This document shows, one piece after another, positions 51,304 through 63,063 of a DNA stretch of 64,000 nucleotides. The number at the start of each line of letters is the position of its first letter. Within the stretch, counting starts at the first letter, position 1. Under the pieces are notes generated by a model that saw nothing but the letters and a program-made list of their open reading frames with translations, was not told the DNA's origin and searched no databases. Origin of the DNA: Camelus dromedarius (lineage: Eukaryota); the NCBI RefSeq assembly GCF_036321535.1, contig NC_087436.1, positions 87,236,001 to 87,300,000 on the forward strand. Reading direction: 5' to 3'. A program made the translations under genes and the position numbers.

Positions 51304-53597
51304 TGGTTTGCATTCTTGAGGGTTTGCTTCTCAAATTAGAATGATGAATTTTCTTCTTTAACATCATGCCTGCCTGTTGCTTCTGATGTGATGTTTTAAT
51401 CTATCATTTATTTTGATTTTGAAAAGAGTTAAAAAATCAAGCTAAAATTGTAGGATTTAAATGTAAGATCTCTGGCGCCTCCTTCCAGAAGGGATTTTGG
51501 TGATCAATTACAGTACATTTTCAATGCACTTCAGTCCCAGAGAAATGATGAAATAAATAGTGGTTAATTTAGGATACAGGTCTAGAGAAGCCATGAAATC
51601 CGTATTGTAGCTGAGCTGTAATTCTGACATTTCAAATCTCAGCACTATGTTTTAGGCAGCATGAGCCCTCTATCATAGGAGACTGAGAAAATTTTTTTCT
51701 TTTGAAAAGTTCAGGGATGGCCTCAGGCAAAACTTAAAATACGTGAAGTTTATCTTAATAATCCTTCCATGGCCCTTTTGGTATTTTTTGCTTTCCACTT
51801 CAGTGCCTTAGTCCCTCCCTGTGGCTCCTGCACAGAAACTTACCTTTCTCCTCCAAGTGCTATGTGTTCTGAAACCACTTTCCTCTTCCTCTGTCCTCCT
51901 CTTACTAAAAATTCCCATTCTCCCAGTGTCGGGGAGGGCAGCTAGGTATTAGGAGAAAGTAGCCTTTTAATTCTCCACAAGCTCTCTTTTTAAAACTACT
52001 TTTCTTCTTTTTTTTAAATGTCTTTTCTGTTCATTTTGAGAAACTTCTTCTGTGTGCTAGGTTTATATATAGCCCCATCACAAATCCATGTCAAATGCTT
52101 ATCTCTTAAGTTTCTCTGACTCTTGGTAATCCAATGACTAGGAGGATGGTTTCAGATAGTGGTAAATGCTCAGAAGAAAGCAAGACAGCAATAGGACAGG
52201 GGCTGGATGGGTTTGGAGAGAGTGGCTGGGGAAGTCCTCCCCAAAGAGGTGACATTTAGGCTGAGCTCTGGGCCAGCCATGGAAGCATCTGGAAAGGAGC
52301 TACCGATGCAGATGCCCTGCAAATGCCCTGAGGCAGGAGGGCATGGCACAGCCAGTGGGGCTGGAGCAGAGTGGAGGTGGGGCTGGGTAGGGGGTGAGTC
52401 GGAAGAGCAGTCAGGGTCTGAGGACACACAGCCGGTTGGCTACGGCAGGAAATTGGGATTTTATTCCTCCGTGCACTGAGAAACCACTGAAGGGGTTTAG
52501 ATGGGGGAATCAGTTGTGTGAAATGGTTTGTTTGACCTGCGGTGCACACTAAATGGTGTAAATGGCTCACTGCCTGTGTCTCCAGTAGACTGTGAGCTGT
52601 GTGAGGGCAGGCGTTCTCTGAAGACCTAGCACAGGGCACTCCCAGTCCACATTGAGGCATGTGATGAACGAACGATCTATGTTTTCTTTTGCTAAGCCCT
52701 GTTTCAATGGCTGAGTCATTAACACCATGTAAATAGCATTTGCTGTTTAATAAAGTCTGATCATTCTGGTGCTAGGACACTCCCTGTGAGTAAGGAAAGA
52801 CTTTTTCAGGACTCGAGGGTATTACTGTATTCTGGCTGTTTTTTCAGCCTTTGAAGCAGTACCACAGGAATGTTAAGTAGACTCCATGACCAGAGAAGAA
52901 TGAGAAGCTATGACATTTTAAAAATGAAAACTACAAGTAGTCCAGTAAAACCGCCTGACATGGATGTCACCTCACAATGGCCTTTGTTCTCAGAAGGAGG
53001 CAGGCTGAGCTCTTACCTCCCGGCATGTGGGGAGGTGGGGGCAGGCAGTGGCAGGAAGCAGCCATCTGGGAATTTGGGACTTTCTTAGTTCAAAGTGAAG
53101 GCCATTGAATATGGCTTAAATTTTATCATCTTTTGTGCTCTTTGGAAAATAGAGACCACCTGAGACATACTGTTTGTCATTAACTGCATAATAATGTCAC
53201 CTTGCATTTTGTGTGATTGACGTTTTTGGACTCGACTCTCACTCTAATGGTGGGCTTTTTACTGTAGTTAGTATTTTTCTGTTGTAATTTTATCTCCGTT
53301 TGCAGGTATTCTCTGTTAAACCCTGAGGTTTTCTCTGAATCAGTTGGAAACCCTAATTTAGATCTCTCTGTTCCATTAAATAAAGCTGTCCTTGAAAATC
53401 TCTCGTGGTGGAGTCAGCCCAGCCCGGTGCACGTGCTCTGCTGGCATCGCAGCACCTGCTCCCAAAAAGGTTCTTTTCTCCTCACCTCTTTCCCCACATT
53501 CCCTTAAACATTACCCTGCAGGTAATAGAGAGTTTCAAACATGGTAAACCGAGTACACATTGGACCTCTTTTAAGTTGAAAATATTTTTCTTTGCAG

Positions 53598-53681
53598 AGA
53601 CTTCAGCAACACAGAAACACTGTGCAGTGAACAGAAATATTATTGTGAAACATGCTGCAGCAAACAGGAGGCCCAGAAAAG
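53598..53681 (+). CDS. USP46: USP46 coding exon 6 ([27 protein letters not shown])
   Basis: cag acceptor, gtgagt donor; 84 nt; second CxxC of the fingers-domain zinc site. Confidence 0.96.
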
Positions 53682-55066
53682 GTGAGTGAAGGGTTTAGCC
53701 TCGGAGGGTGGCTTTGTGTAGTCAGAAGGAACCAGACTGGGGCTGCACAGATCTGGTTGTGAGTCCCAGTCCCACGGGCTTGTTGCCAAGTAGCTTTGGA
53801 GAAGTCAGTTACCCTCCTCACTGGAAAATTAGGGTAAGAATGCCAACCTGGGGGAGTGCGCCCATTCGTCCGATTGTTCGTCCATCATTCTGTTCATTTG
53901 TTTGTTCAGTGTGCCAGGTACTCCTGCTGAGTGAACAAATGGTGAGCAGGTATGATCACTCTCCTCTTAAAATTAAAGGGGAATTACAAAAAGGACTTAG
54001 CATAATGCATAACACATAGTGACCACCTGATAGTGTTGTTAGTATTGCCTCAACATTGGAACTTCTTATTTAAAAGACGTAAGAGGTTAAAAAAAAAATC
54101 AAATGTTTAATAAGGAATCACGAAGAAATCAGTAACATCGGTTCTCTGGGTAGGTGATAAGAAAGTTGCCCCATTCCAAGTTGCTGCAGAACCTGAGGTT
54201 GCCCATGTTCACCTAGCCCGTCACAGCTCTTAGACAATCTGAGATAACCAGCCATTGCCTGTGTCCTGCCCCCAGAAGCCAAAAAAACTTGACATTTTAA
54301 TTATCCTGGGAAGCCCTATTGTGAGTTAAATTTACCCTGCCCGTGGCTGTGGCACATTCAAGGTAACTCACAGAGGCTCATTCCTGCCGTCTGAAGCCTT
54401 CAGGGGTGAGCATTGTCCAAGTCTGAGCATTGTCCAGACTTGGCCCCAGAAACCTCACATCCGTTAACATCTCCAGTGCTCTCATGAACCCATTTTGGGG
54501 AATATAGCCCTAAGCCAACCCCTGTGTTTACAGGTGAGGAAACCGAGAGCCAGAGAAGGGAAAGAACTTGCCCAGGGGCACAGGAGGGGAGGGAGTGTGG
54601 GCCCAGCATGCTGTCTTATCTGCTGGCCTGCAGCGGGCTGTGTCTCAGGTTTCCCTGCCGGTCAGTCCTCAGAACCTGTGCAGCCAGACCGCACCCTTCT
54701 GCTTGTCCTCAACCTCCTTTTTCTTTGGGGGGATCCACCAAATCCTGTTCCTCCCTGGGAGGCAGAGGGCAGTGATGTGGAGTTGCACAGCATAGTTTTA
54801 TTGGTACAAAAGTTCTGCGATGTCTCCTTTGAGCAGAGTTTCCCCTGTTGCCCTTTTCTCTGCTGGCTGGGCTCCTGTTAGCTAAGTCTGCAGGAGAAGT
54901 CAGCTCTGCATAAGCGAACGTACTTCTGTTCCTGTGAGCAGTTTGGCTGTTTGCTGGTTTGAAATTTGCTGGACCCTCTCCTGCTCTCCATTTGTGCAGG
55001 CAGCGGTGTATCCTGTTCCCCTCACAGGGTTAGGTACCACTGATTCTCTACTTCATGGTTTCTTAG

Positions 55067-55264
55067 GATGAGAGTAAAAAAGCTGCCCATGATCTTGGCC
55101 CTGCACCTCAAGCGATTCAAGTACATGGAGCAGCTGCACAGGTACACGAAGCTGTCTTACCGCGTGGTCTTCCCGCTGGAGCTCCGGCTCTTCAACACCT
55201 CCAGTGACGCGGTGAACCTGGACCGCATGTACGACCTGGTCGCGGTGGTGGTTCACTGTGGCAG
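55067..55264 (+). CDS. USP46: USP46 coding exon 7 ([12 protein letters not shown]...[11 protein letters not shown])
   Basis: tag acceptor, gtgagc donor; 198 nt; conserved USP motifs. Confidence 0.97.
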
Positions 55265-56150
55265 GTGAGCGCGGCGGGAGCGGGGTGCGCGAGGGAAGTG
55301 CCGTCCCCAGGCCAGAGCAGACCCCGCCACGCCCTTCCTGGGGGGTGAGGCTCAGTGGTAACGGTGCTTTAGGGGGATCGCCTCCAAGCTCCAGTCTGTT
55401 TATCAACTCTAAACAAATCTAAACATACATCATAAAATAAAATAATAAAGTAAAAATAAAAAATAAATGCATCATCATCATAATGTTCTATCACAAGGGA
55501 AATAATTTAATCTCCATTGGATACAAATGATACTTAGGAGGAGTTTGAAATAACATGGAGAAATAAATGTTTATGCTATGATTTTAATTTGTTAAAAACC
55601 AGGTTACGTATATAGTAGGATCTCAAAAGTATTTTAAGATGTATGAATAAAGACTGGAAGCTTCTCTTAAATTTGGAGAAACAAAATATTTTGCTGAAAG
55701 TCTCTGAAGAAATATTTTTTATTTCATAATTTGGTGTAAGCATGCAAAAGTCTGTTGAAAATTCACCTGTTCACTATCCTTCGCTTGGCTGAGAGGCGTT
55801 TGTGTCCCCTCCCTGGGATCAGCAGGCTCTCTCCGGCTTGTAGGCTTTAGATTGGGGCCTGTCACCAAGCAGGCGTCCTCTCCTCTCCATCCACCTGGAT
55901 CCCATCTTGGTGAACAGACCATTACCAAGAGGATATGTGGTTCCATGTGGAAGAATGGATGGATTGATTTTTTTGCCATACTGGGTGGGTGGTATCAGAA
56001 TCTGTAACTTCACATCTGAAACACCTCATTTTTGTTCTGTGCAGAGTAGCTTTAAGTCACAGGTTGTTTTCTTACATTCTCAGAGAGCTGTATTTATTGG
56101 TCAGTTTTAAGCTACCTTTGTATTTCCCCTGAAGAATGTGTCTAACAGTC

Positions 56151-56299
56151 TTTTTTTTGGGGGGGTGATTAGGTTTATTTATTTATTTATTATTAGTCAG
56201 GTGTGTTTGTTTGTTTGTTTTTATGGAGGTACTGGTGATTGAAGCCAGGACCTCATGCACGCTAAGCAGGCACTCTACCACTGGGCTACACCCTCCCCC
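56151..56299 (-). mobile_element. tRNA-derived SINE (camelid vic-1-like)
   Basis: Same family core on the minus strand, (TTTA/TTTG)n tail, aacagt on both flanks. Confidence 0.88.
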
Positions 56300-56707
56300 A
56301 ACAGTTAGTCTTTTAAAGAATATGGGGTCCAGTGATCTGGAAACTAGCCGTGAACACTGGGCTGGGAGGAGGTCTTGGGGCAGGCAGAGCCTGGTACCTG
56401 GAGGGTCCCTGGTGGCCAAGGTGGGCGGGGTGGACGGGTGACAGGAAGCAGAGCACCCTGGGATGTGGGGACCACAGGGGGTTTCAGAATGGATCTCTCT
56501 GGTGCCAACTCTAATCCCTGGGGGCACTGGTGAGGACGAGGCAGAGATCCACTTATGAGAACTGGGGGACGAGTGGGAGGTGGGGTTCAAGAATGGTCAG
56601 CTTCTTTAATGGGCGCCCAAGGTCAGAGCAGCCCTGGGAGCAAGGGAGAGCTGGTGCCGAGTCATGCATGCTACTCACGAGGATGCTTTAAATTCCTCCC
56701 TGCTAGA

Positions 56708-56736
56708 GTGCTCGCTTTGGCAGCACATATACTAAA
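56708..56736 (+). pseudogene. 3'-truncated (tailless) U6 snRNA retropseudogene
   Basis: GTGCTCGCTTTGGCAGCACATATACTAAA matches the U6 5' end (one C>T); 18-bp TSD at 56690-56707 / 56734-56751. Confidence 0.9.
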
Positions 56737-57619
56737 TTCCACCCCGCTAGAGGTGGGGCTGTTCTCATACACAGAGCGGGGCTGCCCATGCACAGGGATC
56801 AGGTGGCTTCCGGCCGTGGGCACTGGGAAGCTCCAAGTTTGGGGAACTGAGCGCTCCCTTCTCATGCCGGGACCTCCTGGCCCACTGTTGCCTTGGGTGC
56901 ACAGCCTCATTCATTGATCTCTCCTGCAAATATTTTTCAACCCGTATTTCCTGGGTTCTGTGGCAGGATCTGAAGGTACTGCAGTGAGCAAGACTCACAG
57001 GGGCCCTGCCCTCATGAAGCTGAGGATCTAGCAGGAAAGACAGATAATTAACAAGTAAACGCACCAGCCTGCCACCACCGAAAACCACTGCCAAGTAACT
57101 GATTATCTTGATTAGCGCTCTGAGGAAGAAACAGGGCGATGACAGAGAGCAGCGGGAGGCACCTCTCCAGGGAAGGTGGTCGGCAGAGATTTCTCTACCG
57201 AGGTGACATTTGAGCGGAGGCCTAAGGGATAAAAAGGGCCAAGAGTACAAACGTGGGGCGGGGGGGGGGGGACTATTTCAGGCATTTCCGGCAAATGCAA
57301 AGCCCAAGGCAGGAGCGGGTGATGTGTGTGAACAGACGAGGCCAAGTGGGCTGGAGGGGAGGGGTGGCCGGGTGAGGTTGGAGAAAGGCAGGAACAGAGC
57401 CTGTGGGTCATCTTGTATTTAAAGAAAGGCAAATACAGCTTCACTTTGATGGTGCATTGGAAAAAACAACCCAAAACTCTAGATTTACAGTTAAATTCCT
57501 CTCAGTTGTGCAAATCTGATGACAGTAACTGCTGTGTAGTTGTTCCTCCTGCTTTTTTTTAATAGCGTGTAATAATGTAACTCTCTGTTTTCCTATTTGT
57601 TATTATTATGGTTTAACAT

Positions 57620-58180
57620 CCTCTACAACTTCAGACACATTATGTCGCTCCTCAAAATTCCCAAGCGTCTTCCTGGCTCACTCTCAGAGAAGTCCGGCAT
57701 CTTAACCACGGTACCCCCTTCGCCTCCCCTCCTCCACGCCCCGGGCCCGCTGGGCTCTGGCTTCCTGATGTTTGGTGAACACGCCGAGAGCTCTTCCCGC
57801 CCCTTCTCACCCCTCACACTTGCTCTTACCCCTTCCTGAAACTTCTCTCATATGGTCACATGACTTGTTTCACACACACATACTCTCACCTCTTTCCTTC
57901 AGGGAAATTTTCTTCTGCTAAAATTTCATGTTATCGGAGAGGCTTTCTGTCATCACTTTGTATCGAGTAGTGCTTCTCTCTGTCACTCACCACCCCGTGA
58001 CTCTGCTTTATTCCTCCCGGCACTTAGCACCACCTGAAATCTATTGATATTATAGCCTGCTTATTACCTCTCCAACCCTGACCTCAAGAGAGTGGGGGCT
58101 TTGTCTTGTTCACTGCTTTTTTTGGCCTCACAGCCAGAATGAGTCTGGCACATCATAGGTGTACAGTAACTGTAAGTTTG
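57620..58180. mobile_element. L2 fragment
   Basis: tcagacacattatgtcgctcctcaaaattccc...tctgctttatt...gcacttagcaccacctga...tttgtcttgttcactg...ctggcacat. Confidence 0.65.
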
Positions 58181-58474
58181 TATTTGTTGCATTTGAATGT
58201 CTGTTTTCCCTCCCCCGTGGGTTGTGAGTGCTTAAGAGACAAACGTTTTACTCACCTTTCCCTTGTGCCCAGCACAGCATCGGCATCTGGATGTTACTCC
58301 ATGAGTTGTGGCCAAACGAATGTGGACGTAGACACGACCTATACTGAGTTCTCTGTCCTGGTGATAGAGTTTTGTTTTTTTTTCTAGTGAATCACTGTAT
58401 CTAAAGAGCTACATAGCATTTTATAAAGCAGTAAATGTTAACCTGGTAACTTGCTTTGGTTTGTTCTTTTCCAG

Positions 58475-58553
58475 TGGTCCTAATCGTGGGCATTATATTA
58501 CTATTGTGAAAAGTCATGGTTTCTGGCTTTTGTTTGATGATGACATTGTAGAG
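58475..58553 (+). CDS. USP46: USP46 coding exon 8 (His box, His313 and Asp329)
   Basis: [26 protein letters not shown]; cag acceptor, gttggt donor; 79 nt. Confidence 0.96.
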
Positions 58554-59426
58554 GTTGGTATGCAGATTATTATATCATTGGGGTGGGGCGTAGACATTTT
58601 GGGATGTGTATGTAAAGTAGGTTTTTCTAAAGTAGGTCTGTTTTCCCATAATCTGAGTTGAAAACAACCTTCATTTCTCTCCAAGCTCAATTCTGCTGCT
58701 CCCCATCCTCTCTGGAAGGGGCGAAGGGGTGTGACCATGGGCTTGTGAGTACTGTGTTCTTGTTCAGTTAACTGATCAGCCATAGACATGGGACCTCTTT
58801 GCTGTCATATTTACATGTAAATCCTGTTTACTACTGTGACTAAAGCCCTGTCTGGTACAGACCAAATAAACTTTGAAGTTCTATTAAAATTACTTTGTTA
58901 CACCAAATTTTTCTTATATTGATTATTTTTTAAAAATTCTTTCAGTCTGTTAAACCTGGAAATCTTTATATTACACTTAAGTGTTCTGTATATTGATTTT
59001 TATTTTTTTGTAGTTTGATTTTGTTGTAAAGGAGTATCAGCTGGAGAGAATTCCACACTCAAAGACATGGTCTATTTTAGCCCACTTAGGGTAGCACTAA
59101 AGGAAGTAAACTCTGCTGACCTGGAAGAATTAACGTTATTCCCAAGAGTTCCCCCAGTTTATCATTTGATAGCAGAAGTCCTGGCTTCTTCAAAGAGTGC
59201 CCCCCTATGGTTGACAGATTGAAGGGTGACTTTCTTCCCTCACAGTTCACGATGCATGTAATCATGTCTCCCTGTCAAGTCTGTGGAATTCTGTTTGCTA
59301 TTGAAAGTCCCCAACTGTGAATTTATGAGTTTCTTACATTTTCTCGTGCATTCCATTAGTTTTTCTTTCCTTCTCCCAGAAATCATGTTAAACCATTGTA
59401 TTGTTTTATTTCTCTCTTTCTTGCAG

Positions 59427-59528
59427 AAAATAGATGCCCAAGCTATTGAAGAATTCTATGGCCTGACATCAGATATATCAAAAAATTCCGAATCTGGATA
59501 TATTTTATTCTATCAGTCAAGAGAATAA
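59427..59528 (+). CDS. USP46: USP46 coding exon 9 (KIDAQAIEE...[10 protein letters not shown])
   Basis: cag acceptor; stop TAA 59526-59528; exon lengths sum to 1101 nt = 366 aa + stop. Confidence 0.97.
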   Translation, partial: KIDAQAIEEFYGLTSDISKNSESGYILFYQSRE

Positions 59529-60965
59529 CTCACAGAGCTGTGGGACTGATTCAAGTGGGGGAAATGTTCAAAGCACTCTCACCTGGTTTCCCAGACGTTC
59601 CTCTTCCTCAGCGGCCACCAGGTGTTACCCCGAGTCTCGGTGGTCTGGCCGTGTTACACTCTCTCTCCCTCGTTTTTCTACATGCAGCACTACTCGTGGT
59701 TTTGTTTTAGTCTGAGGTGGAGTTAACTACAATCAGACTGTAGTAAGGGTTAGGGGAATAACTTTTGTTAATTTTAGGGTTGGGTACATGCTGTGTCACC
59801 TGCTATGTGTCTGGCTGAATTAGAATGACAGTTCCTACGAACGTCGAGTCTATTGGGGTCTTAGCTAAACTTCCTAAATGGCTTCCAGGGTCTCCTTCAA
59901 TGCATTCCTTTAACTTGTCCCTGGAAACACTGCTACCCATCTTTAGCTTCTCTGCCTCTTTTCTGACAGAAGGACAGAAGAATTGGGTAGACATTCACCT
60001 CTTAGAGCTGGAACTATAGCTTTAAGTTTGTGCAAGTGAAGATGTTTAAAAGTGAGTAACCTCAAAAGTGAGACCGCCCCCCAGGTGGAGCAGGGCGAAG
60101 AGAAGCCGTGCAGGTGGCTCGCGTCTGCCCGGGCTGTGCTCACCTCGCCAGCACGATTCCCGGTCCCGGGAGGTGCGGAGCTCAGGGCAGGCGAAGCCAA
60201 GACGAGGGAGCTTTGGTGCACAGTGGAGACTTCCTTTTCTTATCTTTCTACCAAAATCGAGTTTCAGGAAAATAACTCTGCTCTTTGTTTTTAGTGACAC
60301 TTTTCTTCTGTCCCGTGAGTTGTATCTATCTTTTATCCAGCACTGCTAAGTTTTCCAAGGTATCTTTCTGATCCCGCTGGTGTTTCGCGGCCAGTAGTGG
60401 CAGGGCTGAGACCACGGTGACTGCCTCAGGTGCAGCTCTCCTTGGCCAGTCGGCACCGACACCATCCTTTACTGAGAAGAACCAAGTTACTCACCTTGCC
60501 CACCATCAGCCGCGTTGGACAGCTGTTGACATTTGAACATTTCAGTCTGTTTACTGAGGCGCTGGCGAGCCCCAGGGCTAATGTGGAAACTTCTCTCCAG
60601 GAGACACTGGAGTTAGCTGGGTTTGAAGGTGGGGAAAAGGAAGTGTCAGTAGGCGAGTGGAGGGATGGACAAAGTGGTGGCGTGTCTTTGGCTCAGACTC
60701 CTAGAAGGCTCGACACGACGGAGCATTTTGGAAGAACCTCATCTCACCATAGTTACTTTTACCTTTTTCACTTTTGTTATATGTGTATTTATTAGATCAT
60801 TTGCATATTGGTACCTTTTATTAAAAAGGGTCGATATGGTGTTTTGCTGTTGAGCTGGTTTTTGGTTTCTTACAAATGTTATGAGTTGCAGATCTTGTCT
60901 TCCTTTGGGAAGTCCATTGGCTTCCATACACTATAATATACTGTGAACCTGTTACTTTGTTACCT

Positions 60966-60971
60966 AATAAA
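60966..60971 (+). terminator. Possible proximal poly(A) signal AATAAA
   Basis: Hexamer present in the 3'UTR; usage unknown. Confidence 0.35.
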
Positions 60972-63049
60972 TCAGCGAACAAACATGCAAACTTTTGGCA
61001 TAATGTGAACTAAAATTGCAATTGAAAATATTACTGGCCATTTTGCAACAAGTAAGAGCATAGCACTTTATCTGTATGAAAACTGGATTTCTTATCTTGG
61101 AAATATCTTGAACTGTTTATCGCTCAGAACTTCGATAAGCATGCCAACACTTCATCTGATCATGCTTGAAGTGAACATCTTTTACTTTTCACTGGAGAAG
61201 ACAAAAACAGGGTGATCTTCACATTATTGTTTTCTACAAGTGATGAAAATATACCTTGCCTTGTTTAGAGGCGAATTCATATTTATAAACATTTTGTCTT
61301 TTTTTTTCCTCCATGAAACATGCAGTAATCACTTACCTGGAAGGTGAGTTTTTATTCTGTTTTTAAGGAGAGACACTTTCCAACTGAAGGTGAATGATAC
61401 AGGGAGCTATTTGTACTACACATAATCCCTATGTCTGACTGCAGGTTGAAACTTTAAGAAAATGATTATTGGTCTCTAATATATTTGAAACTGATACATA
61501 AGAAGAACTATTAAAATTATCTTTGAAATGATTCTTGAAGTTAATTTATTAGAAAAAGAAAATTTCAGTTGGAAGCCTACAGAAGTCATATTTAAATGCT
61601 AAGTCATAGTTTCAGTGATTTTTTTTTTCTGCAATGTGTAAAAGGTTTTTCCCAGTGACTTAACTGAAGTAATTCATTTCAATATTAAGAAAGGATCAGG
61701 AAAAAAAAGTCAATTAAAATTCAGTATTCATGGATAAATTTTTGGAATTAAAAAATACATATCGAAGATAATACAAAGACATTAAAATGGTCATGTGATG
61801 AAGGAAAAGAAGACTGAAAAAAAACCAAAACACACTTATCCGCCAACACTCCATCAGTTTTTTAAACTTTAGAGCTATCCAGGAATTTCTTCCCTTTTCC
61901 TCTTTAATAAATGACAGAAACACAAGGCAGCTACGTTCTGCACCCCCACCCCCAGTCATTTCACTTTATGTGAAGACGATAGCACATAAACACTTCTTTC
62001 TTTTCCATCCCTCATTCGCTGCGTGAAGCAGAGAGTGGAGTGGGATATGAGAGACCATCCTGAGGTCAGGCAGCACAAAGGCTCAGCGGTATTCCCACAG
62101 TGGCCAGCTTTTTGTGTCACTTTCTGGCAGGAGTGAAGCCTGCTGTATTTCTTTTAACTACTGGGTGTTTTAAAATAAGTTACAGTGTTTGACACTTAAA
62201 AAAGAGAAGGACTGTTTGCTTTATTGGTTACTTCCTTGTTTAACGTCTAGACTATGGTACAGTGTGCTAAAACGTCGTTTGTTTAACAGCCCACGTTGGT
62301 AGAAGGCTATTTTTTGTCTTGTTATTCCGATGCATTTTCCATTCCTAGGCCACGTGAAGTGGGCTGGTTTGAAGGGAGCCAAGGAACCACACAAGAGGGT
62401 GGTAGGTTTGACGAGGAAACTAGTCTTGTTGGTTTTATAGCCTGATATATTTTGGATTTCAGATGAAATGGGGAAAAAGATGACAGAAATGGTCCCTATG
62501 CGTTTATTTTCATGGATACCCTGAATTTTCATGGGCATGCCTAATAATGAACTAGGTTCTAACTAGAGCTTAGGGCTTATTTTAGATATTGGAGTGTAGC
62601 TTTATTACAGATGGATTTTATCTTTAAACACTGCATTTTGATCAACTTTGTATATTCATGTGTATTAAAATATTGTGTACTAAATGTTTTGCCCTCGTTT
62701 GCTATTATATGGTCAAGGCATTTATCAGCACTAGTGTGATTAACTCATGTAAATGGCATGGGTCAGGGAAAATGATTTCCTATGTTTCTGCCTAATTAAG
62801 TTTCTGTTTTCCAGTATTACATTAATTTATTTTTGGCTTCCATTTCTGTATAACCAAAATAGTTACTGTATTTGTGTGGCATTCATTTATTTGACTTTGT
62901 TGCTAAAAAAAATTTTTTTTTAGTTTTTATTTAAAATAATCTGTACCTTATTTTTTTTTATGTAACCAATTCAAGCACTTTAAGCAATAATGTCAATCTT
63001 GTGAAACTTCAATCAGTTTAACACCCTGCCTCTAAAATTGTTTGCAAAA

Positions 63050-63063
63050 AATAAATAAATAAA
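63050..63063 (+). terminator. Poly(A) signal cluster (three overlapping AATAAA)
   Basis: AATAAATAAATAAA preceded by U-rich sequence and TGTA elements. Confidence 0.65.

Noticed and set aside
53275..53311. Pyrimidine tract + CAG|GTATTC as a recursive splice site
   Set aside because: Donor half is weak and the site is only ~290 nt from exon 6; likely chance or a cryptic acceptor
56708..56736. Functional U6 snRNA gene
   Set aside because: Only the first ~29 nt are present, with no ACAGAGA box or evident upstream PSE/TATA, and it is flanked by a TSD
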